From Marsupella aquatica (Eukaryota > Plantae > Marchantiophyta), in contig OZ316899.1 in assembly GCA_973895155.1 (NCBI GenBank), positions 8,745,241-8,809,240 of the forward strand: a stretch of DNA of 64,000 bases. The letters are read 5' to 3'. Made by a program: the position numbers and the translations under genes. The notes under the pieces are model-generated. The model was given only the letters and a program-made list of their open reading frames with translations, was not told the DNA's origin and made no database searches. Each line of letters starts with the position of its first letter. Position 1 is the first letter of the stretch. Below are positions 1 through 10,554 of the stretch, in pieces.

Positions 1-2412
1 CATTCCTATATGCAAGTTCAAATATGGTAGGTCCGTGTCCCCTGTGGCATCCATCAATGTATGCAGCAAAGGCAGCAATCTGCCCACCAGCACGATTTTG
101 ATCAAGTTCACAAGCTTCTAGCAGTCCAATCTTCTTCTTCATTTGACAAGCTCTCATTGAACCATGTACAGATTCAGCTCCAGTACAATTTGGCATCAAC
201 GCTGACTCCTTTGCTGTTTGAGTCTGAAGTCCAACCAAAAACAAACACAATCATTGGGAGGCACAAACTTGATTTCAAGATTACATTCAAACAAGAACAG
301 AATGCTAGCGACATCGCTAGCCAAAAAACATGGTTTACTTACCAGCCTGAAGAAGTTTCCCCATTGTCGCCATCGGACAACCCACCAAGCAATCCAGCCT
401 TGCAAAGATCTCAATTTCCCAGGGTGACAATTTCCACACTTCCACCACTCTTGAATATCGTTTGCCACTCTGTATGCCTGAACATATGTGGGTGCATTCC
501 TAAATTTCTCCCACATTTTGTAATGCTCGGAGTGTTTCGCTTCACGAATTCCCTCCATGGTATGACGTCTTAGTGACTGAGAGAAATGGAATGCATCACT
601 GTGTTCTTTCTCAGGGAGACGAACACCATCAAAGAAAACATTTCTCACAGCAATCCATCCAGCTTCAGCATTGTCAGCCATAAAACCAGCTATGTTTACA
701 TTGGAAATACCGTTCTCAGTAGCGACTTCCAACATTAAACGCCATGCAGTTTCTAGTGACTCAACATCCTCGGCTTTCAATTCACAAGTGAAGATAGTAC
801 AAAGAGCGCGATAAGTGTGATCGTATACATGAGCACTAAAAGTTAACCAACCAGTGGTTATTCTGTGCATCACGTCAAAACTCACCCAAGCTCCCTCTAA
901 AGTTCCACCTTTTTGCATCCGATTGAGAATGTCAACTCCGGAACCGGGACCTTTGGTACTCATCTTGAATACATGGGCCCTAATGGACTTGCCAGCTTGG
1001 CCAGGGAACAGGAAACGCTGAAGAAATGGAAATCTCACGCGCATTTGCATGTCACGAAGCGAATCCAACTCACCTTTCTTGGGGTTACCAATTTTAACGC
1101 TGCAGAAAATTGCATGGAATTTTGCCGGCGAGGACACAACTTTCATTGAGTTCCACAATTCCACCTCCTCTTCTTTTGAAAGATCATAACATGCCTCAGG
1201 GTGGAGAAGCGATATCAATGTACCTATTGAAATATTCTTCACACGGGAAGGGGTTGCCAAGGGATGTGCTAACTGAACGCCTTGAATAACATCTTCCGCT
1301 TTTTTTTTTGCAACTCAACACTTCCCCGTCTGGATCGGATGATCATGAACTCCCATGTGGACTGCAAGTCTAGACATGTGTTTGGAGACATGAGAGTCCA
1401 AATTTGGCTTTGCATAAACATAAAACATCATTGCTGGACAAGGTCTGACACAATAAGGTCTCTCATCACAAAACCCACAAACCAAACCTTCTTCCGGAAC
1501 CAGGTTTCCTGGCTTGAAGATATCGGTCATAAGTGATCTTCCTGGAAATGCCGCTCCATTTTTCACTCCTGTCTCCTTGAACCTTGAACAATTCAAATTT
1601 TGACATTGCACAACACCACTGCAACGGACCTTGAAAATAGACCAGTGATTACGTGGCTTCAAGTTAGCCGAAGTGGTGACCAATCGGGTCCAAGGGTAGC
1701 CATCATTGTCACGGTCCATGTCGAGAAGCCCTTGACCGCGACCAAATCTTGACTCCACTGGAGGAAGCTCATATACCATGTCTCCATTGTAACTTGTTGG
1801 AAGACGATCAACTTGGACATCAACCCAAGAGACGTCTCTTCTAAATCGTGCCAGCTCACTAGCCCCAGTAATGCTCAAAAATGCTTCAAGCGCACCAATT
1901 CTGTAGACTTTCTGCAAAAGATGGCCAACCGGAGCACTTGGAAGAGGAGTCTCTACTTTCAATTCTGTAGAACAACTTCCAAAAACAGAATTAGTATCCT
2001 CAAGAGTGGTAAACCCAGAACCAGAGGCGTCAAGATTTGTTCCTTGCCCCGGGGGAGAGTCGAGGTCTACAAACACTTTTTCCCGAGTATTCTGAAAAGG
2101 CTCGAGAAAATCATCTCTGCCTGACAAAACCTCAACAACATCTCCGGAAGCAACCTCCCAAACTCTTGCACCATGTAGAGTTCTTGAAATGAATTCATCC
2201 TTCCTAGATCCATGAAGTGAAACAAGAAAGAACAACCTCGAAATGAAATCACAGTTATTGAGCCCAAATCTTGTCAAAAGAAAGGCCTCGGTCACATTGG
2301 TGATCTTTCTCATACATGAAACTTCAAGAGTAACAATGTCTCCAGTGCTCCGACGCCAGAAAATGACGCTCGGAGCCATCAAAAGAGAACCAAGACAAGG
2401 ATCCAAACACAA
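1..2412 (-). pseudogene. Mutator-superfamily (MULE-like) DDE transposase with N-terminal GCM-type zinc-finger domain; one premature stop; 3' end runs off the window
   Basis: ORFs 1315..2412 and 196..1260 are in the same frame, split only by TGA at 1315-1317. GCM/WRKY-like motifs: KVRCSGVVQCxxxxC...CxxC...C...HMGVHDHP. Catalytic core: WVSFDVMH (D, ~875), GFMADNAEAGWIAVRNVF (D, ~674), xxFHxxQSL (~585). After a GT-AG intron (342-224) the frame stays open with MPNCTGAESVH (E, ~174) and GHGP. Confidence 0.75.
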
Positions 2413-2476
2413 ACATCATGGATGAATATATAGAATAATACTCGGACACAAACATCATGGATGAATATAGAATAAT
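2407..2476. repeat. Short direct duplication (~32 bp x2) at the 5' side of the transposase
   Basis: ACACAAACATCATGGATGAATATA(TA)GAATAAT occurs twice. Confidence 0.85.
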
Positions 2477-3783
2477 GGAACGTCAATTTAATGTTGCAGA
2501 TATGACAAAACCTCAACGGCTATAATACCTTCAAGAAAGAATTATTGCCAGCGATATCGCTAGCCTAAATTTTCTCGAATAATGAGGTGCTTATGAACCA
2601 GAATTTTAGTGTTTACTCTTTAATTAAATGGCCTATTTTATTTTGACAAGAAGTATGGTGAGGGATATACTAGCACATTTCCTGAACTTGGGGTATAGTT
2701 GGGGTGTACTAGGACGCTAAATGAACTTGGAGCTTTGTGTTCAAAAATAGTTTTGCTAGCGACCTCGCTAGACATAATTAAGGTAAGTTTTCAGTGTTTA
2801 AGATCTATATTTTTGATATTTGAAAACATCATGTTCACCAACAACATGATATAAACAGAAGAGAGGAATCTGAGATGTCCCGTAATTAAACCATTCATAA
2901 AACTTCAATAAGGCCAGCGATACCGCTAGCCTGAACCTGCAGAAATTTTCATATACTTTTATTTCTGTTTGGGGGTCAATTCAGGAATCCAGAACCTAAT
3001 ATATTTCCTAAATGTCATAACATAGTAGTTAAACCGAGAGCTTTTAGTAGAGGGGGTTAACAGTTTCAAAGATTCTGTAGAGTATTAAAGATTTTCAGAA
3101 AGCATTAAGAGCTCATTTTAAATGGACAAACATCATATTAAGGGTTTAGGGTTTACAGTGATTTGGCCAGCGATATCGCTGGCAAAAAACTGTCTAAATA
3201 ATGGGCTTAAACAACGTATGGGGTTTGTCCATTTTTCCATTAAAAAGATCCAGACTCGTTCCAAATGGTGACCAAGTGCATCTACGTGCACCAAAGATTC
3301 AAAATTATATTACCATTGGAAGGGTTAACTTGATTTGAAAGAGTACATTTCATAAATACTTTGGTTTATTTATTCCATCGACATATATATTTTTTTGGAG
3401 AATGGTTAGTTTCAACGGACACCCAACCCAAGTTGGTCACCTAGAGATTAATTGTCTCCAACCCGTTGAAGTTGAATGTACATTTCATCCAACCGAGTTG
3501 TTGGTAAATACTAACTAGACTCCAAGTTAACGTTAACTGGAGCTTCGTTAACGTTAGTGCTGGTGGGATTAACAGAGTTGAGATCTTGTTGATGGATCTT
3601 TCACATCAAGGTGTTAAATATTGATATTCCCTGTCACTGTCAAGTACACTGTAGTATGGGTTACTTTGGATTCCCCTGAATTCTTACTTTGGATTCCCAA
3701 CACATGTGACTTTGGATTCCTTTGCATTCACCGTACCAATTCCTTGTCTTCCCTTCGTGTGGTTCTCTTCTCCTTATCAGTCG

Positions 3784-6700
3784 ATGGCAACTTTTGCATC
3801 TCCTGAGTCTATTTCATCCGTTGCCTCACAATCAGCTGCCTCTCAACGTCGGGAGACCAGAAGTTCTACAAGCCACAAAGCACTTGCTTCGGGGCTGAAG
3901 ACTCCAAGGAGGCAAAAGCTTGTTGATCCAATGGATATTGTGCCACCTTTGATGGGTTCTACCAAGTCCGAGCCTTTCTCAGTTGTAATTAACCGTCACC
4001 TTTACCAGTTTGGGCCAGACGAATTTGGGTATCCTCTTGTTCCCCCAAGAATTCCACTATGTCGAATGCGGAACATGCAGCTCGTAAGGTCTCTGCAGAC
4101 AGATTCGAATGCGATAGAGACTCTTAAGAGCGAGTTCCGAGCTCAAGGGTACATTGAGGACGCGCCTCGTTTCTATGTGCAAATGACAAATGAGAATGGG
4201 GACGTGCAGCATCTGAATGACACAATCAGACAGAGCTGGGATCCAATGTGGTTGGCGCAGAATGAAGCTTTTGAGAGGGAGTGTGATTCGCATCCTGATT
4301 TTGCTGTGCTCAAGGATAAGATGTTTAGTGTATTCGATGGCAATCACCGTCTCTATTTGTGGAACCTACTTGCTGTTGAGAATTCTCACGATGTGAAGTA
4401 TCATCCTCGAGTTGTCTCGAAGATTTTCAAAGGAGAGAAGGATACTTTTGTGCAGATTGAATCTGCGATGCATGCTCTCAACCGGTGAGAAGAGCCTGGA
4501 CACATTTGATCTTTTTGCTTCATTTTTGGGCACAATTTGTTCTTGCTGATTGCTGAAATATATACTCATTGTCAGGTTGATACAATGCCATGTCGAGAAT
4601 TCATGGGTGCTGGAAGCTGATCGGGTCCAGAAGATCCTGAGCACGGACCTTTCAGTTTACAAGGATTTAATTGATCCGGAAAATTTCAAGTTATTTCAGC
4701 AGAAGATGCAAAACGTAAAGAAGCCGTCGTGGTATTCGAAGCATATGACCTTAGATGCATGCATTTATATTCTTTCTGCTGCAAATATAGCTTCGCAAAC
4801 TGCTGACTTGTTAAAGAAGTTTGCACTGAAGGAGGAATTGGGCGAACCTCTGTCGAAAGCTGCAAAAGACATTGCAGTTCGAGATATGATGAAGGAGCAA
4901 CTCTCCGACTGGAATGTCAAAGTTCCAAAGTTTGCCCCGCTCCTGAATCCAGACTTTGGGGATTTCTTCAAGAAATGTGTTGAGATGCATAATTATTGTG
5001 AGAAAGAAAGGAAGGAAGCTCAGCGGACGGATGATAAGGGGAGAGGGAATGTTTCGTGTGGCCTTGATCATGCAAGGCTTTTCACCGGGGTAACTTCTTT
5101 GAGTCCACAACTCCGTTGCACTCTTCTCGAAGCACAGTGCAGACCAGAGTTGCGTAAACAATATTTTCATCCATCTCAATTTTCGGATAGTGAGACCAAG
5201 CTCTGGTTGCATCGATGGGCAACATGGGAACAGGTAGAGTCCATTGCGAGGTGCTTACTAAGTGAAGCAATATTTGAGATTATTCTCACTGTCCCTGAAT
5301 CTAGAATTCTTTCTTCCCCGGAGAATAGTCAGGCATCCCTCCTTGCTGAAATTGATGATGAATTAGAAGATTTCCTGCAGCGGGTTAAGGTAAGGTTCTT
5401 CAAGAGCATTTGGACCCCAAAAGTTGGGGAAAAGATTGACATTGTTTCTTTCCGTCGGAGGGCAAAAAGGTATGTTTATAAGTTTTTTGTGGATCGTGAG
5501 GTGGCAAATAGATTGTTTTGGTGGTGTTACCCGGCATGTTTCTCTCAATGGGCTCAATATGCAAGAGATGATTCCAGTTGTGAGAAGTTTGGGGAGTACT
5601 CGATGTACCCTATTGAGGACATTGAACCCTTGCGGAAGATAAGTGAATGGGAGGTGCTGCATTGTCCCTGGTATTTAGATTCGGAGAATTGGTCACTGAC
5701 ATTTGATGTCACAGAGAAAGTTGCGCTTCAAAAGATCAATCGTGGCTTGGTCCCAGAATTTTTTATTAGTGAATCTAAATTGTGCAACCCGGAAGTAGAA
5801 CTTGCTGGGTGTGTGTCGATGGAGCAGGCATGCCTCGGGGTGGCACCGAGTGTGGATAGGAGCCGCCCTCGGAAATTGAAGAGAAACGCTGCCAAAGAGG
5901 TATCAAGAGCTTTCTGGAAAGAAAAGTAAGTATATACTCTTATTGCTCCCAAGCTCTCTTCTCTTATCTCTCCCAAGCTGCTCTTCTCATTAAGTTTATG
6001 ACATATCCTAAGGCTCTTAGGTTTCTTTTTGTATCCAGAACGAAGGAAGTCTTCAGGTTCCGAGAGTGTTCAGACTGTGAATAATGGTCGTCCGGAGGAT
6101 CATGTGGAGCCTGAGTCACCCGATTTTGAGCTTGTGACTAAACCGGGAGGTGATAAGTCAGGGTCCCAGAGGTTGAAGAAGAAGAGAAAGGTTCAAGTGT
6201 TGTCAGATTCTGATGAGGAAGAAGTGTCAATCCGAGAGGGTGTCGCGAGGCTCTGTGGACTCCAGTTGGATGGAAGAAGACATTTCCTTGCAAAGAGTAA
6301 TCTTCGTTTGACGGCTGACTCGATAAGTATGAAGAAGGTTTGACCTGCTTGGATGGGGGAGGGGGATCAATGGCTTTCAGATATTTCTAGTTCTTCTGAA
6401 CACCCGAATCCCTTAAAAATAAACGGGAAGCCTTACACTGGGACCGGTGCCCATCTGGGGTTCATAGCTCTTCCGACTGGGCTGAGGCCTCGTGTTGCTG
6501 ATGTGGAAGTTCCTCAATGGAATGTCTAGGTTGAGAAGCTCCCTTACTATTTCTTTGGAGTGATGAGGGCAATGTTGAGTGATGATGGGTATGTGGCCGT
6601 TCTCCACAGTGGAGAATTTAACCACACAAAGCAAATTTTTGCTGCTGTTGAACAGAGGAACAAATTAAACATCTTCGAAAGTACCACGTTTTATTGGGGT

Positions 6701-7833
6701 CCCCGATGTGGATGCCAGACATGAACATTGAGGTGAGATTTGACTGAATTTCACAGGATTTAGTATGTTGTTTTGACAGCGATCTCACTGGCCTTCCTGG
6801 ATTCATGAATTGACGTTTTTTTGGGTTTTTTCCAGGTTTGCAACTTAAGCCTGGATGTCTTTTGCCGAGTTGAATTCAATGGGAAGATCCCAAAGGACCC
6901 GAAGTATGTCCCTCTGGCAACGTCTGAAGATGCATCACATAAGACGATGTTGAGTCTTTGTTATCCAAAAAGGGATACCAGGGCAGAGTTAGCTTTCTCT
7001 GGTTCTTGTCGATTATCTGTTGGATTCATGCAGGCTGTTATGGAGCTTCTCACAAAGCCTAGAGACATTGTGCTCGATTGGAATATTGGAGACGGTAGTT
7101 CTTTTTCAGCTGGAGAACTCTCTGGGAGGTTTGTTGTTGGGGTCGAGGACAGGGATGTTCTCCATGGTGCTGCGAAGAAGGCATTGAAGAGTGTTCTTGA
7201 GAGACACAAGAAAATTGAAGACCTCATTGAAACATTGGAGGACCTCAATTCAGATGATGAATTTTCTCTTGCAGGATCAAAGAGTGCAAAAAACAAAGAT
7301 GGAGCTCCTAATGTTCCTAATGCAAAGGATGGCGATGATGAATTTGACCTGGAGTAATGTACTGATCCTCTTGCTTATACCAGATCCCCTTGCTTTAATC
7401 AATTGGTTGGTGAAGCTTGCTATTGTCTTTTGATTGGATCTGTCATTCATATTGCTGTGATTTTGTTCCTGATTTCAGAGATACTCGTGTCGACTGGTTT
7501 TCTGAAGAGAGATTTTGGCTTCAAAGGAAGGTTGAAGAATCTTTGATTGTTTCCCCTCAGAAGACATTTACTCTGCCTTGCTATGTAGAGAAATCGGCAA
7601 TTCAGGCGGATAATGCTTTTGTGGTCACTTGGGAAGGCAAAGGTCGTAGGTCACATCGTGGAGCCAAACAAAATTTGTATTGCTTGCCTTTTGTTGACGA
7701 TGAGGCATGCTTTGTTAAGCAATATGTTGATGAGTCTGCTGAGTCAACTGATCGGGATTTCAGTAGTGACCAAAGCAATACTAGTAGTAGGAATGATATA
7801 GAGTCGGATGAAAGTCATTCAAGTGACTTATGA
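3784..7833 (+). pseudogene. Spliced cargo gene: ParB/Srx-like N-terminal domain + ~450 aa unknown region + beta-class N6A/N4C DNA methyltransferase-like domain + acidic tail
   Basis: Inferred exons 3784-4484, 4576-5925, ~6039-6732, 6836-7353, 7479-7833. Introns 1, 3 and 4 are phase-consistent GT-AG; intron 2 phase is ambiguous. FSVFDGNHRL (DGNHR at 4336-4350). MTase-like motifs in beta order: AHLGFIALPTG (motif IV position, ~6450-6480), MLSDDGYVAV (motif VI-like), LTKPRDIVLDWNIGDGSSFSAGELSGRFVVGVE (motif I/II, ~7050-7147). In-frame stops at 6341 (TGA) and 6527 (TAG); frameshift near 6650. Confidence 0.65.
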
Positions 7834-8219
7834 TTTTCTAGGGAATCAAAGGATAGCTCTGCAATGTTTACTCAAACTTACTGTCAGTTTTGACAAAATA
7901 TTGGAGGCAGTACATTTTTTGGAAACATGACTTATAAAACGGGTTGATATCTGAGTTCATTGATTCACTATGCATTTTCATATCCGCCTGGTGTTTCACT
8001 TGTGTATATTCATATGGTTTGTCAATGATTGAAGGCTAGCGACCTCGCTAGACATAGAATGGAATGATCCCATAATGGAAAAAAGATTCATTTCTATTGT
8101 AGAAACCTCACTATCCTCCCAATCTGCCACTCTGACCATTAGTTTTACCTCGCTAGCAAACATTAACCTCGCTGTCAATTTCTCCTGTTTCCTCGCACCA
8201 TACAAACCCCCGGCCGGTT

Positions 8220-9720
8220 CCATGGCTTAGCGGCTTGGGACGCTGCTAACTCTCTTCTACTAACATTTTACACACATATACTGGACAGATCCTTCATCGG
8301 GTCATGAGATAAGTAGCCGGCCTATTCTATGCCTTCCCTTCTCTTCCTCTCTTGGTCTTCCTTTAGGTATGTTTGGATTCCGCCACCAGAATGATCCCCA
8401 ATTGGCTTGGGTTAGCCGCTAAGACCCCTCTCAGCTTGACACATCCAACTCTTACTGCCTTGCTTACTTCCCTTCTCTCTTGGTTGATGTGGGCAATCTT
8501 CAAACAAGTTAATGCGACACACAAATAGCAAAATGACTCCTTCTGACTGAGTTATACCATGCACTTGCCATACAAACAGTACTTCTCATACACAAGATCT
8601 GCGAACTAAGCCGTGAGGCCAACTCTATTTAGCTCTTAGGCATGAGGAAACATGAATATATACAAGGGTCACTGTATAGCTAACCGAGAGCTCTTTTACT
8701 ACTTGATCCCAGCCCTGCTGGTGCACTAAAAACTTGCTAAAGAAGAAGGCCCTGAACTCCCCGTTTCCCAGGTACCTCTCGTGCAAAGTGTAATTGCACT
8801 TCCTCGGAGAGGGTCGCCGCCCAGCCTCTCCAGGTGTCATCCCTTGTTGGAACGACATTGATGGGGTCGACCTCCTCTTCTTTGGCTTCTCCCTGCCTCC
8901 TACTTCCTTGCTCGGCCGGCTTCCTTGGTGCCACCAACCTTGTTCTCTTTGCAGGGGTGGCCTCTTCATTGTTGTACCCTTTCCTCTTCATATCGGCTAC
9001 CGTGGATGTTTCTCCAAGCACAGTTGCCTTTGTCCATACCTCCGTGCTACCCTTCAGCTCCCAGTGTATGTCGTTGCAGCGGTTGATGGCTTCCCGGATG
9101 CCGACGATTTTGTTTTCACAAAATAGAAGGTCATTGAGCTGATTGGCAGTAGGAGTTCACAAGAACTTGGCCTTGATAAGCTCTCCTCCTATGAAGGCAA
9201 ACTTCTGCATCTTCCATAGTCAGGCGAGCTTTTGCCGTTCTTGAGCTGCCCTTTCTGATTCTTTGTCCTCGTAGGTCCCAATGTACTCAGTTGCCCGTTC
9301 GAACATGCATCCCCAGAAATGAGCAGCTTGATTGACGTTGCTCATACCCTCCTTGAGTTGATAGTCGGTATCTACTCCCGCCCAGAGTGCTTACCTAAGC
9401 AGCTGACAATAGTTGCTTCACGTAATCGTCTGCTTAGTTTGTGCTTGCAAATGAGACGCCATTCCTTGCGATCGGTCCTTACCCCCCCTTGCCTGGTCTT
9501 CCTTCCCGTTGGTTATCCCTAGCCGCCGGTACTTAGCGCGCCCTAACCCTAATTGTGTCCCCTGCCGTGGCGTCCTTACTTCTGGCCTCGGCTCGGGTTC
9601 CATGGTCACCCTTAATTGTTTATATTTTCCTTGTTTTTGTTACTATACTAATGTATTTTCAGGGTACACTCCTGGTTTTACCCTTTTAACTGGCCTAGTG
9701 ATTCCTGGCTAGGCATCACA
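8220..9720 (-). mobile_element. Probable LTR-retrotransposon-derived fragment (unclassified)
   Basis: Minus strand starts TGTGATGCCTAGCC at 9720, like an LTR terminus. Only broken low-complexity ORFs follow; no RT or integrase motifs. Confidence 0.3.
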
Positions 9721-9880
9721 CCATACTCTGCCAAATAGATTTGAATTGTACATAGTGATCTTGTATTCATATGTTATTTTTGATATCTGTTGTATCACTA
9801 ATTTTTTGTTAGTTCAGGTCCTATGGGTACTCCTCCCACCTATTAAATCTTGCTCCTTTAGTGGCCACAAGGTTAGGAAA

Positions 9881-9935
9881 TAGATTGGTTATAGATTGGT
9901 AATAGATTGGTTATAGATTGGTTATAGATTGGTTA
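9881..9935. repeat. Tandem repeat, 11 bp x5 (TAGATTGGTTA)
   Basis: Read directly; each unit contains ATTGG (reverse CCAAT). Confidence 0.9.
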
Positions 9936-10191
9936 TGGCTCATTCCTAGCTAAGTATTAAGATCTATTTGGAGAAGTTCAAATCATAAGCAAGGGAAAAA
10001 ACATATTTCAATTTATGAACTCATTAGCTCAATATCTGTGCGTTGCACAAAAGATGTTGCAAAGAAAAAAGATGTCATGTCGCCCAAGATGCCATGAAGA
10101 GAAAAGATGTTGTGAAGGAAAAAATGTCGTGTCGTCCAAGATTTTGTAAAGAGAAAAGATGTCATGTCGCCCAAGATGTCATGAAGCTTAC

Positions 10192-10487
10192 TGTAAGAAC
10201 CGTCAGCTCCGGACTAGACAACAATGCGGAAACATGAGAGAGACTCACTCAATCAGACGCTACATCGACAAGACACCCCAAGTGGAGAAACTCCTGAAGC
10301 CTCCATAGCAAATGAGAGTACATGTGAAGAATGAGGGAGAGAGTGTTCTCCCTCCAACCTATACCCCCCAAGGGGGCCAAGATGAGTGGGCCTAAACTAA
10401 GCGGATCTTATCCTAATGTAATCCAAGGTTAACTAACCCTAGTAAGGCCAAGCTAACTATGTCGGGAACTGGAGTCAATTCCTAACA
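10192..10487 (-). repeat. 3' LTR of copia element 1
   Basis: 12 mismatches out of 296 vs 16282-16577 by manual alignment. Confidence 0.95.
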
Positions 10488-10554
10488 ATCTCCACCTTGA
10501 CTCAAGTTCACACAATGAGTCAGGTGATATACAATATGTAACTAAGTAACATAT

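Larger units (their letters stand above)
304..8052. repeat. Dispersed 18-bp palindrome GCYAGCGA-NN-YCGCTRGM, 6 copies
   Basis: 304-321 GCTAGCGACATCGCTAGC; 2547-2564 GCCAGCGATATCGCTAGC; 2755-2772 GCTAGCGACCTCGCTAGA; 2913-2930 GCCAGCGATACCGCTAGC; 3166-3183 GCCAGCGATATCGCTGGC; 8035-8052 GCTAGCGACCTCGCTAGA. Half site at 8148-8157. Confidence 0.9.
1..8200. mobile_element. Putative two-gene MULE-like DNA transposon (transposase + divergent ParB/MTase-like gene); left end outside the window, right end approximate
   Basis: Head-to-head genes with similar decay. A shared 18-bp palindrome occurs from 304 to 8052 and I did not see it elsewhere in the window. TIR/TSD cannot be checked. Confidence 0.55.

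Noticed and set aside
1300-1317. Programmed frameshift or readthrough at the A10 run next to the transposase stop
   Set aside because: Both ORFs are already in frame; a CGA>TGA mutation is the simpler explanation.
61-2124. Plus-strand ORFs overlapping the transposase (61..573, 913..1149, 1813..2124 and others)
   Set aside because: Antisense shadows with no recognisable motifs.
304-3183. Spaced palindromes as a CRISPR-like array
   Set aside because: Spacing is irregular and far too long (>150 bp), there are no cas genes, and the context is eukaryotic.
6344-7200. Calling an active DNA methyltransferase
   Set aside because: This copy has stops and a frameshift, and its catalytic motifs are non-canonical.
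3784-7833. Bacterial contamination or a prophage as the source of ParB/MTase
   Set aside because: The gene has phase-consistent spliceosomal introns and lies among plant transposons.
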